The notes under the pieces: generated by a model
The model's database searches: none
What the model was told of the DNA's origin: nothing
Seen by the model: the letters and a program-made list of their open reading frames with translations, nothing else
Translations under genes and position numbers: made by a program
Shown: positions 1 through 8,946 of the stretch, piece by piece
Layout of the letters: the number at the start of each line of letters is the position of its first letter
How positions within the stretch are numbered: position 1 is the first letter of the stretch
Assembly: GCA_050253335.1 (NCBI GenBank)
Contig: JBFWJG010000013.1
Location: 1-47,893 of the forward strand
Origin: Deferribacterales bacterium
Lineage (GTDB): Bacteria; Chrysiogenota; Deferribacteres; Deferribacterales; Geovibrionaceae
Reading direction: 5' to 3'
Length of the DNA stretch: 47,893 bases

Positions 1-4
1 TCTG

Positions 5-27
5 TACAGATTTTGGGGACCACCTCT
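5..27 (+). mobile_element. IS3-family-like terminal inverted repeat (end of an element probably lying left of the window)
   Basis: TACAGATTTTGGGGACCACCTCT matches 1689-1711 at 20/23 positions, and that copy abuts an IS3 transposase fragment. The GGGGACCACCTC end resembles IS3-family termini as I recall them. Confidence 0.55.
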
Positions 28-1668
28 TACCTTGCTTCTTTAAAGGAGAGAGAAGAGTTAGACGCTATACTTCCTGATCTTCTGAGCCAAATGGGGTTAA
101 ATGTCTTTTCTAAACCACATCGTGGTCAAAAAGAGTCAGGTGTTGATGTTGCTGCGTATGGGAAGATTGAAGATAATGAAAATGGAGTGTATCTTTTTTC
201 TATCAAAGCTGGAGATATTACACGAACAACTTGGGATGGAGATACTGAACAGGCTCTGAGAAGTTCTTTAAATGAAATAAAAGATGACTATATCCCTCAT
301 AGAATGCCACAAAAGTATAGAACTGAAAAAGTCGTTATTTGTTTATGTTTTGGCGGCGATATTCAGACGAATGTTAGAAGTTCTATAAGTGGGTACATTT
401 CAGAAAATACAAGAGACAATATTTCTTTTGAAGAATGGAATGGGGATAAGCTAGCTCAATTAATAGCTGAACATTTTCTGAGGGAAGAACTTTTTGCCCC
501 CAATTTACGTTCATTGTTTAGGAAATCTCTGTCTTTAATTGATGAACCTGAAGTTTCTTTTGAAAATTATAAAAAGCTTATTACTAATCTATATGGAAGT
601 TGCAGGGGCAGTAAAGAAAGATTAAAAACCCTTAGACAATTTAATTTATGCTTATGGGCTCTCTTTGTATGGTGTAGAGAGGCAGACAATCTGGAATCTG
701 CTTATCTTTCTGCGGAGCTGACACTGCTTATGGGCTGGGAGTTAAGCAAATCATCCTTTCATGAAAAAAAGAAAGTAGATAAAGATATTGTAAATACTTA
801 TAAAGCTATATTTAATGCTTATTGTATAATCTCCGATGGTTTTATCAATAAAGTGGTTATGCCACATTCACAAAAACTTTACTACCTTTCTTATGGCATT
901 AATTCATCTAATGACGTAGATGTAAATTTAAAATTATTTGATTTGTTAGGTCGGATCGCAGTTAATGGTGCATTCTTTTATTATGCTTACAAACAAGAAA
1001 ATGATGAACAGTTGTTGCAGCTATACCAGATACACTGTGCGGCTTTAGTCAGCTTAATTAAAAATAACCCTTTACTTTATAATCCATACAAGGACGAACA
1101 GGCGATTGATATATCTCTTGCATTATGGTTATTAAACCAAGACAGCCAATGGTCAGATTTTATTAAAGAATGGCTGGGTCATATGCTGGGAAGAAGTATT
1201 TTTAACTATAGAAGACATGGTAAATATCCTGGTAACTTAACTAGCTATCATGATCTAATTCGACATCCTTTTGAAAAAACTAAAGAATATAGGAAAGAAG
1301 TTACTGGTGGTAGTATCTTATACCCAATGATTAGTATGTCAGCAACTTTGAATGACTTTGATGAAATATATAGTGAAATAAAAAACTTCAAAGAAACGGA
1401 ACTCCCTCATTGCAATTTTCAATTATGGTATCCTGATAAGGATTCTGAAGCATGCTATTATACCAACTCAGATATGCATGGAAGAGTTTTGTGTGATGTT
1501 GGAGTGAATTTGTCTAAAGATAAAATGTTAGAGCAGATTTTTAATGAATGTACAGCCACAAATGATTTTGAAGAACTCTCTGCAATAAAGAATGGTTTTT
1601 GGCCGTTATTATTTGTTGCTAGTCGTCATTATAGGATACCACTGCCAGTGCATTTTTTTAAGAAATAA
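13..1668 (+). CDS. AT-rich hypothetical protein with N-terminal Mrr-like PD-(D/E)XK nuclease domain; 5' end probably truncated by IS insertion
   Basis: 551-aa ORF. N-terminus has GVDVAA...LFSIK and later EWNGDKL, resembling restriction-endonuclease folds. The TTG start lies inside the IS-like end with no RBS. Visibly more AT-rich than flanking core genes. Confidence 0.6.
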   Translation: MGTTSYLASLKEREELDAILPDLLSQMGLNVFSKPHRGQKESGVDVAAYGKIEDNENGVYLFSIKAGDITRTTWDGDTEQALRSSLNEIKDDYIPHRMPQKYRTEKVVICLCFGGDIQTNVRSSISGYISENTRDNISFEEWNGDKLAQLIAEHFLREELFAPNLRSLFRKSLSLIDEPEVSFENYKKLITNLYGSCRGSKERLKTLRQFNLCLWALFVWCREADNLESAYLSAELTLLMGWELSKSSFHEKKKVDKDIVNTYKAIFNAYCIISDGFINKVVMPHSQKLYYLSYGINSSNDVDVNLKLFDLLGRIAVNGAFFYYAYKQENDEQLLQLYQIHCAALVSLIKNNPLLYNPYKDEQAIDISLALWLLNQDSQWSDFIKEWLGHMLGRSIFNYRRHGKYPGNLTSYHDLIRHPFEKTKEYRKEVTGGSILYPMISMSATLNDFDEIYSEIKNFKETELPHCNFQLWYPDKDSEACYYTNSDMHGRVLCDVGVNLSKDKMLEQIFNECTATNDFEELSAIKNGFWPLLFVASRHYRIPLPVHFFKK

Positions 1669-1688
1669 AGGATAGTATTAATTATATA

Positions 1689-1711
1689 TACAGATTTCTG
1701 GGACCACTTCT
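1689..1711 (+). mobile_element. Second copy of IS3-like terminal sequence (direct orientation relative to 5-27)
   Basis: TACAGATTTCTGGGACCACTTCT, 20/23 identical to 5-27. Confidence 0.55.
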
Positions 1712-1775
1712 CAAGGCTGTTTGAAAGTTTCCAGCTCAGAACTTTTCTGCTGTACCAATCCATAATTGCCACCAG
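1710..1775 (-). pseudogene. IS3-family transposase (integrase core) fragment
   Basis: Translates as LVAIMDWYSRKVLSWKLSNSLE, a characteristic IS3 OrfB/rve segment. Flanking translation is unrelated. Confidence 0.75.
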
Positions 1776-1896
1776 CTCTTTATTCTTCTGGAAAAAAGGG
1801 TACTCATTTATTGATTTTTTAAGCATTACATGGTGCTTTTTTGAAACCGTATTCGGCATCACCCCTGAGAATGATGCCGAGGAAGCTTTATTTTTT

Positions 1897-2139
1897 TCAG
1901 TAGTTGATTCCGGCCGCCTGAACGCTTTCCGGATCGTGGCTGTGGCAGGGGGTTACGCCGTATGTCATGTCGCAGTTCGGGCATTTTGCCTCGAATGTTT
2001 CCATGGTGAAGCTCTCCTCGCAGTTGGAGCAGTGAATAACCATGGGCATAGGCATGGGCATTGCGCCGTAGCCCATATGTCTGAGCTTGTTGACCACCTG
2101 TTTTCCGTTTTCAAATGTTCCTGAACATCCCTGATGCAT
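1897..2139 (-). CDS. Small Cys/Met/His-rich protein (zinc-ribbon-like)
   Basis: 80 aa; CxxC...CxxC, MPMPMPM and TPCHSH; GAGAGG RBS upstream; hairpin at 1852-1881 downstream. Confidence 0.8.
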   Translation of the reverse strand: MHQGCSGTFENGKQVVNKLRHMGYGAMPMPMPMVIHCSNCEESFTMETFEAKCPNCDMTYGVTPCHSHDPESVQAAGINY

Positions 2140-2478
2140 ATTCTATACCTCTCTGTATATTTTTCCGGCCTTGCCGTAATGCTGTACGTGTTTGCGGTGC
2201 ATTCCCTTTTCATGAAAATGCATGAGACTCTCCGCATCCGCCCGGAGTGGCTATGCTCTGCGTCATTCTGGACGCCGTGAAGAATCTCTAACCTTTCTTT
2301 GTTTTGAAACAATACATCCGTTGCGGTATAATTTACTTGATGGAGATCAAAATATGCAAAAAAATCTTTATCGTTTTAATTTTATGTATTATAGTGCCTT
2401 TATTAGGTAATATTGACAAATCACATTAGATTATTATTTTTATAACGGTTATGGGATAACTTTTTATGGAGGTAAGCA

Positions 2479-4185
2479 TTGAAAAGACTGCTTCCGCTTT
2501 ACATTAACAGGCTCAGCCCCTGTTACAGCCGTGATCATCTCGGCAACCACGGCTGCTACGCCAGAAACGATATACCCAGATTTCTCCACCTCACAGCTCT
2601 CGGCAGGTTTGACGAAGCCTTTTACGTGCTCAAGGAGACAAACCCTTTCAGCTCCGGCTGCGGCAGGTTCTGCGATCACCCCTGCGAAACGGCCTGCAAC
2701 CGCACTAAATACGACCAGCCGGTGGACATAAAGGCGCTTGAACGCTTTGTTTCCGATGCGGGGTATGAAAAAGGCCTGAAACCGAAAATGACCGGAGAGG
2801 CGAAGGATAAAAAAATAGCCATAGTGGGCTCCGGCCCCGCAGGGCTCTCATCCGCATATTTCCTTGCCCGCTGCGGCTACAGGGTGGAGGTTTTCGAGAA
2901 GCATGAAGTCGCGGGCGGCCTCCTCACAGAGGGGATACCCGCATACCGCTACCCCCGTGATGTTTTTGAAAAGGAGCTTGCCTTCATAAAAGATACAGGA
3001 GTTGTGATACACACCTGCGCCAATATAAATAAGGAAAGCTTCAAGGACTTGGCCGGAAACTACGATGCGGTGATAGTCGCCACCGGAGCCCACAAGCCCG
3101 GTGAACTGGGCATAGAGGGTGAACAGCTTGACGGGGTGGAGAACGGCATAGCCTTCCTGAAAAAGGTAAACCTCGGACAGTTTGATAAGCTCGGCATAAA
3201 AAAAGGCGAGAAGATAGGCGTAATCGGCGGCGGATATACTGCGATGGATGTTGTGCGCTGTGCTGTCCGCCTCGGTGCGGAGCCCACAATGGTGTACAGG
3301 CGAACATCAGCCGAAATGACCGCTCATCAGGGAGAGGTTGAGGAAACAAAGCGCGAAGGCGTGAAGTTTAAATTTCTCAGAAGCCCGCTTAAAATAGAAA
3401 AGGCGGAAGACGCTCTCAGGCTCACCGTGCAGAAGATGAAGCTCGGCCCCGTGGACGAGAGCGGCCGCTCCAAACCCGTTGCCGTTTACGGCGAGACCGA
3501 AACCTACCACTTCGACCGCATAGTCCTTGCCATAGGCGACAAGCCGGATCTCTTCTTCGTGGGGGAGAAGTTCACTGTGGATTTCCCCAGAATGATCTGC
3601 CGCGACCTGCCGGAGGATGTGCAGAGCAGAATCTTCATCACAGGTGACGCCGCAATGGGCGCAACGGACAACACCGGAATGGTGGTCCGTGTGGTGGGGC
3701 TTGCGCAGGACACTGTGAAAAGCGTGCGCGAATACCTCGGCGAAACAGTGGAGACCGATAAAAACAGAAAGACAGCCTTCTACAATACATTGAACACTAA
3801 ATATTTTGAGAAGAGCGGCAGGCTGATAGAAGAAACGCTCCCCTTTGAGAAGAGGAACGGAAACTTTGATGAAATAGTGAAAACAGTTGATGCCGACCTC
3901 GCTCAGCTTATGGCGGGAAGATGCTTCAACTGCGGAATCTGCATTCAGTGCGACTGGTGCTGGCACTACTCTGACGGCAGCCTGATCAAGCTCGACAGGG
4001 AGTGGACTCCGGAGAAGGATGCCTTCTACTATGAATTCCTCACGGAAAAAGTAAGCGATGCCACCTTCAAAAGCGTGGAAGCCTGTCCCAGAGCGGCACT
4101 GAGCATATCCTCCGCAGGGAGTGCAGCGGAAAGCCTCCGAGAAGAGCAGTACATAACGAAAAGCGGACTCGAAGGGGGAAACTGA
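2479..4185 (+). CDS. GltD-like FAD/NAD(P)H-dependent oxidoreductase with Fe-S clusters (glutamate synthase small-subunit family)
   Basis: CGRFCDHPCETAC, GSGPAG and GGGYTAMD motifs; C-terminal CFNCGICIQCDWC...CP ferredoxin motif; GGAGG RBS before TTG. Confidence 0.85.
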   Translation: MKRLLPLYINRLSPCYSRDHLGNHGCYARNDIPRFLHLTALGRFDEAFYVLKETNPFSSGCGRFCDHPCETACNRTKYDQPVDIKALERFVSDAGYEKGLKPKMTGEAKDKKIAIVGSGPAGLSSAYFLARCGYRVEVFEKHEVAGGLLTEGIPAYRYPRDVFEKELAFIKDTGVVIHTCANINKESFKDLAGNYDAVIVATGAHKPGELGIEGEQLDGVENGIAFLKKVNLGQFDKLGIKKGEKIGVIGGGYTAMDVVRCAVRLGAEPTMVYRRTSAEMTAHQGEVEETKREGVKFKFLRSPLKIEKAEDALRLTVQKMKLGPVDESGRSKPVAVYGETETYHFDRIVLAIGDKPDLFFVGEKFTVDFPRMICRDLPEDVQSRIFITGDAAMGATDNTGMVVRVVGLAQDTVKSVREYLGETVETDKNRKTAFYNTLNTKYFEKSGRLIEETLPFEKRNGNFDEIVKTVDADLAQLMAGRCFNCGICIQCDWCWHYSDGSLIKLDREWTPEKDAFYYEFLTEKVSDATFKSVEACPRAALSISSAGSAAESLREEQYITKSGLEGGN

Positions 4186-4186
4186 T

Positions 4187-5380
4187 ATGATAACTGACGG
4201 ACTTTCCCGTTCGGGAAATTTAAGCGTATTCGAGTTCTCCGGCGGAGAGGAAGGGATCGCAAGCGGTGCCTGCGGCCTCCTCGGAGTAGTTGGCGATTTC
4301 AGTCTTGAGGCGGTGCTCAAGGCGGCAAGGTGCCTCCAGTACAGAGGCCGTGCCGGAGCGGGCGTAACCCTCAAGGGGCTTTATAAGGACACCAACTTTT
4401 ACAACTTCCACATAATGTTCCGCAGCAAAGAGAAGATAGACGAGCTTGAAAACGTTATCGGAAGCTGGGGCGTGCGCATTCTGGACAAGTTCAACATGGT
4501 GCAGAAGAAGTATTACTACGACTACGACCTGCCCATAATTATGCATTACGCCGTTGTTCCCCCCTCCGTGGACGAGATGATGTACAGGGAGAAGATGAAC
4601 GATGAGGCGCTGTACATGGTGAAGATGGTGAGCCGCTTCAACACGGCGTTCAAGGATGATGCGCGCATCTTCTCAAGCTCCAAATACAACGGAACCTTCC
4701 TGACAGCCTTTGAGCTTCAGGACACCATAGATATTTACAACCTCCACCAGTTTGAGGAGAGCTATTACGAGGCATGCCTCATTCACCTGCGCTGGCCCAC
4801 GAGCAAGGGTCAGGGACTCTGGTGGGGGCCTCAGCCGATCTCCCTCGGCGAGGTGGCGGGCGCGCACAACGGACACCTTTCAAGCGATGTTTCAAACGCA
4901 AGGGCGCTTGAACAGCTTGACATCCACCTCCATGTGGGCACGGATTCCGAGGCTTTGTTCCTCCAGACGGAATATCTGCTTAAAAAAGGCTATTCCCTCA
5001 AAGAGATAGAGTGGATAATCTGCCGCAAGTTCCCGCAGGAGCTCGCTAACATGAGCGCAGAAGATCTCGCGCGGTATAAGGAGATTCTGGGCAACCCCGT
5101 GCTTGAGAGAATGAAGATCTCAGGCCCCGCAACGGGGATAATTCTTGTGGGTGATGTTATGGTCGGCCTTACGGACAGGGATCACCTGCGCTCATTCAGC
5201 ATAGGCATAAACGACAAGGTGGCTCTCATGGGGAGCGAGCAGAGGGCTGTCATAAGCGCCGCTTACTTCATGAACGAGGAACTCACGATGAGCGACCCCG
5301 AAGCGGGAAGGATAGTCGGCTTCGAGGTTAAGGACAAGAAGGTGAAACGCCTTGACTACGGGTGGAAGAACAATGCTTGA
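4187..5380 (+). CDS. Class II (Ntn) glutamine amidotransferase, GltB1-like subunit
   Basis: ACGLLG Ntn cysteine after a 28-aa propeptide-like leader; HLRWPT, AHNG and TDSE motifs. Confidence 0.85.
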   Translation: MITDGLSRSGNLSVFEFSGGEEGIASGACGLLGVVGDFSLEAVLKAARCLQYRGRAGAGVTLKGLYKDTNFYNFHIMFRSKEKIDELENVIGSWGVRILDKFNMVQKKYYYDYDLPIIMHYAVVPPSVDEMMYREKMNDEALYMVKMVSRFNTAFKDDARIFSSSKYNGTFLTAFELQDTIDIYNLHQFEESYYEACLIHLRWPTSKGQGLWWGPQPISLGEVAGAHNGHLSSDVSNARALEQLDIHLHVGTDSEALFLQTEYLLKKGYSLKEIEWIICRKFPQELANMSAEDLARYKEILGNPVLERMKISGPATGIILVGDVMVGLTDRDHLRSFSIGINDKVALMGSEQRAVISAAYFMNEELTMSDPEAGRIVGFEVKDKKVKRLDYGWKNNA

Positions 5381-8096
5381 ATATAAAAAAGAGATAGTCG
5401 TAAAACGGTCAATAAGATACACGGAACCCGCAGACACGGGGATATTCGCTCAGGGCGCAAAATACTGGGTGAAGGTCACTGATGATTCAGAGGAGCCGGG
5501 CAGGGGCTGTGTTCACTGCGCAACCTGCGTGGAAGCCTGCACCCACAATCTCACGAAGCCCGAATCCGGCACAGGGGTTTTCAGCATGGAGACGCGTTAT
5601 CTCGATGCGGACGGAAACAGGGTCGAGCCTGAGGAGAAGGATAGGGCGGCATTTCTGGAGAAGATACTCTGGATCAACCCCGATGAGTGCTGCAACTGCA
5701 AAAGATGCGTGAAAATGTGCCCCCAGAGGGCAATCAAGGTTACGCACAATCCGGATTATCAGGAGATAGGGGTCACACTCTCAGGCTCCGAGGCCATAAA
5801 CAACATAATCAGCCGTGCGGCGGGCAAATCAACCGTTTCCAGCGCACATCTGGGAAAATATCCTTCCAAGATGGATCAGGACTGGCTGATTGATGCGGCG
5901 GAAATCCTCTCTCCTCAGCGTGACCACCTGCATGAGTTCGCGGGGCAGATGCGTAAGATGACCCTCGGCAAGAGGAAAGCCCGCTTCGTGTGCGATACGC
6001 CGATATTCGATGTTCACCAGAGCTACGGCTCAAACAGTCATGAGGCGGTACTGGCCAGAATGGCCGCGAGCATAAAGCTGGGCAGACCGTTTTTCACAGG
6101 CGAGGGCTACATCCACCCCGACATGATGCCCGCGGCGAAGCACTGCATACTCCAGTTCGGTTCCGGCGGTTACGGCCCGTGGCTTGAGCTTGACAAGTTC
6201 GCCGGAATCTCCATGAAATACGGGCAGGACGCCAAAAAAGGGAAAGGCGGCAGGCTTCAGGACAAGAAAAACGATTACGAAATAGCCCTGCTCCGCTGTG
6301 TGGAGGCACTGCGCCACCTCACCGCGCCGAACCCCCAGCACCTTCAGTATTCCATAGAGGAACTCCCCATGAGGGTGGAATCACTCCGTATGCTCCTCGG
6401 GGATGACAAATTGATAGGGGCTGATGTTTACGGCACTGCGTGGAACTTCCCTGAAATCGCAGTGGCGATCGCCAAGGCGGGCTTTGACTACATAACAATA
6501 AAAGCCGGAGACGGCTCCACAGGAGCAGCACACGCTGTTGACCTGAAAAACCGAGGTCTGAACGTGGTTTACCTTACCCATATGGCAGATCTCGCTCTGC
6601 GCAGGGAGGGGCTGAGGGAGGATATATCCGTCATAGCCGAAGGCGGCGTGATGGACAGCTTCCACGCTTTTCTCGTAATGCTCGCAGGGGCGGACTTCGT
6701 GGGGATGGGCATGCGCCATCTGCATGTTCTGGGGTGCACCCTCTGCCAGAGATGCCACACAGGGCAGTGCGCATGGGGCATAACATCCAGACCTTACGGC
6801 CACAGAATAGAGCCTGAAACCGCCAGCGACAATATAGTCAGAATGGTGCACAGCTTCCACGAGGATATGGAAGGGCTCTCCGCAGGGCTCGGAATGAGCA
6901 CCCATTCGGATGTTGTGGGTTCCCGCCGCTTCCGTTACCACGGAGCAGACCCGCTTCTGTTTGCCACCTTCGGCCAGAAGGATTTCCCCAAACAGGTGCA
7001 TACGGTGATCATGAAGGAGAGCAGAAGCAAGGTCTTCATCCCCGAAAAGGAAGCCGCCGCGGCGCTCAAGGACAAGTTTGAGGCGGTTCTGGCGAAGATA
7101 GAAGGGGACAGCCTTACCATAGACATAGGTTTTGACCAGATAGAAAGCCTTGAGCTTAACTTCATGATGAAGGAAGCAGTGCGCAGAGGCGTTAAAAAGT
7201 TCTTCCTCGACAATGTCATGGGGCAGAGGGTCATAGGCACGGGGATCAAATGTGATGAGATAACCGTCCGCGGGCTTGTGGGCAACCATTCCTTCGCCTT
7301 TGTGAACGGAACAAAGATAAACGTGATTCCCAACCACTCCACAGTGACTACGGTTCCCGCCAACGCTCAGGTGGGCGTGGCGAACACCGCTAACCCCGGT
7401 GAAATAAACATAGCCGGAGACGTGAGCGACCTTTTCGCCGCTTATTCAGTGAGCGGAACTTACAGAGTCGCCAAAAGCGGCGGCGTGAGAAACCTTCTCC
7501 TGATGAAGGCTGGCGTGCCGGAGGAATGGAAAAACATAGACACCGCAAGGTTCGAAAACGCGCCAAAAGATGAAATTCTCCGCGAACTGATAATGAGATA
7601 CCAGCGCAGAAGAGCACTGAGAAGCAGGATGAAGTGGGCTGATTTCGTTAAGCTCGCAGAAACCAAGCTGAAAAAACGCAAGCCTCCCGTTGTGGTTTAC
7701 GGCCTCGGCGGTGAGAGACGCATGGGCGACTACTTCATGGAGTACGCCCAGGGCGGAATAGGCGTTGTGCTTAACATAGCGGATCTTCCTAACCCCATCG
7801 GCTATTATGTATGCAGCGGAATGACTGCAGGCGCGGCATATATCAGAGGTGAAATCCTCCCCGAACAGCTCGGAGCGGGCGTTCGCAAGCTGGATTACCT
7901 CACTCCGGAGGACAGAAGCTTCCTCAAAAAGCAGATAGAGGAGTTCATCGCCCAGTTTATCGATACGGACATAGACGAAAAGTACAACGCCCAGCTTAAA
8001 GCCTTTGCGGAAAGCTACGCAAAAGACCCTGAGAAGATTTTCTCCGGCTTCTGCAAAGTCATTCCCAAGGCAACAGCCGCGGAACACAACGAATAA
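5373..8096 (+). CDS. Glutamate synthase FMN-binding subunit fused to N-terminal ferredoxin and C-terminal GXGXG domain (GltB2+GltB3-like)
   Basis: Two CxxCxxCxxxC ferredoxin motifs; SYGS, TGEG, KYGQDAKKGKGG and CTLCQRCHTGQC; C-terminal GQRVIG, MGDYFMEYAQGG and CSGMTAG. ATG 5373 overlaps the previous stop and is preferred to TTG 5352. Confidence 0.85.
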   Translation: MLEYKKEIVVKRSIRYTEPADTGIFAQGAKYWVKVTDDSEEPGRGCVHCATCVEACTHNLTKPESGTGVFSMETRYLDADGNRVEPEEKDRAAFLEKILWINPDECCNCKRCVKMCPQRAIKVTHNPDYQEIGVTLSGSEAINNIISRAAGKSTVSSAHLGKYPSKMDQDWLIDAAEILSPQRDHLHEFAGQMRKMTLGKRKARFVCDTPIFDVHQSYGSNSHEAVLARMAASIKLGRPFFTGEGYIHPDMMPAAKHCILQFGSGGYGPWLELDKFAGISMKYGQDAKKGKGGRLQDKKNDYEIALLRCVEALRHLTAPNPQHLQYSIEELPMRVESLRMLLGDDKLIGADVYGTAWNFPEIAVAIAKAGFDYITIKAGDGSTGAAHAVDLKNRGLNVVYLTHMADLALRREGLREDISVIAEGGVMDSFHAFLVMLAGADFVGMGMRHLHVLGCTLCQRCHTGQCAWGITSRPYGHRIEPETASDNIVRMVHSFHEDMEGLSAGLGMSTHSDVVGSRRFRYHGADPLLFATFGQKDFPKQVHTVIMKESRSKVFIPEKEAAAALKDKFEAVLAKIEGDSLTIDIGFDQIESLELNFMMKEAVRRGVKKFFLDNVMGQRVIGTGIKCDEITVRGLVGNHSFAFVNGTKINVIPNHSTVTTVPANAQVGVANTANPGEINIAGDVSDLFAAYSVSGTYRVAKSGGVRNLLLMKAGVPEEWKNIDTARFENAPKDEILRELIMRYQRRRALRSRMKWADFVKLAETKLKKRKPPVVVYGLGGERRMGDYFMEYAQGGIGVVLNIADLPNPIGYYVCSGMTAGAAYIRGEILPEQLGAGVRKLDYLTPEDRSFLKKQIEEFIAQFIDTDIDEKYNAQLKAFAESYAKDPEKIFSGFCKVIPKATAAEHNE

Positions 8097-8105
8097 TATC
8101 AATCA

Positions 8106-8146
8106 GGCCGTCCCTGCGTATATGATGCGGGGGCGGTTTTCTTTTT
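8106..8146 (+). terminator. Rho-independent terminator of the glutamate synthase-like operon
   Basis: GC-rich stem GGCCGTCCCTGCGT/ATGCGGGGGCGGTT followed by a T-run. Confidence 0.7.
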
Positions 8147-8160
8147 AAAGGGGAAGACGC

Positions 8161-8943
8161 ATGGGTTCGCTGAAAAGGTTCGGTTCCGGCGGAGCGGCGG
8201 CGGAATATGTGGCGGATTACTGGCACTACAAGTCAGATTCCGCTGAGGCAGAGGAAGTGGAGATCTTTCCCGACAGCTATTTCAGCCTTATTTTTGACCT
8301 CAATTCCCCCGAAAACACATTTCTGACCGGAACAATGAACCGCATCGCAAAAACGTTCATAGACGGCGGCTCACGCCTTTTCGGTGTGCAGTTGAAGCCG
8401 TTTCTGATTCCCGCTCTCATCAAATGCTCCGCCGCGGGCTTTGTAAACGGAGTGCTGGGCGCTGACTTCATAAAAACCAGAGCAGGTGAAATATGCGGAC
8501 GGCTGAGTGAATGCGGAACAGAAGATGAAATGAGGGCTTCTGCCGAAACTATTCTTCTTCCTCTGTTTGAGGATGCGGGAGCGGGCAACGGAACTTTCCG
8601 CAGGGTGTCCGAGGCGATGCTGAACGGAAGCGCCCCTTCCACGGTACGGGAGACGGCATTCCATGCGGGAATCTCCGAAAAACAGCTTGAACGGTATTTC
8701 CTTCTCCATACTGGTCTCGGCGTGAAGGAGTTCAGCCTCCTCACCGCGTTTGAGCGAAGCTGCCGTATGCTTGAAAGGGGTGTTTCACCGGTTTCATGCG
8801 CCTATGAGCTCGATTTTTATGATCAGTCGCATTTCATAAAGAATTTCCGCCGTTTTGCGGGCATTACCCCCACGGAATACATGAATGTCGGATTTTTACA
8901 ATACAGCGGTCGTGCACAGGGCTATTATCCTGCGGTGAGGTGA
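8161..8943 (+). CDS. AraC-family transcriptional regulator (DUF6597-type N-terminus)
   Basis: C-terminal SEKQLERYF...G and FYDQSHFIKNFRRFAGITP HTH signature. Confidence 0.9.
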   Translation: MGSLKRFGSGGAAAEYVADYWHYKSDSAEAEEVEIFPDSYFSLIFDLNSPENTFLTGTMNRIAKTFIDGGSRLFGVQLKPFLIPALIKCSAAGFVNGVLGADFIKTRAGEICGRLSECGTEDEMRASAETILLPLFEDAGAGNGTFRRVSEAMLNGSAPSTVRETAFHAGISEKQLERYFLLHTGLGVKEFSLLTAFERSCRMLERGVSPVSCAYELDFYDQSHFIKNFRRFAGITPTEYMNVGFLQYSGRAQGYYPAVR

Positions 8944-8946
8944 ACT

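Noticed and set aside
1629..1862. 77-aa minus-strand ORF as an intact gene
   Set aside because: Only 22 codons resemble a transposase; the rest reads through the IS end and the neighbouring gene.
3307..8102. Long antisense ORFs (e.g. 3307-4374, 6381-7337, 7446-8102), also seen opposite pyk, typA and cheA
   Set aside because: Shadow ORFs of well-supported genes, explained by codon bias; no motifs.
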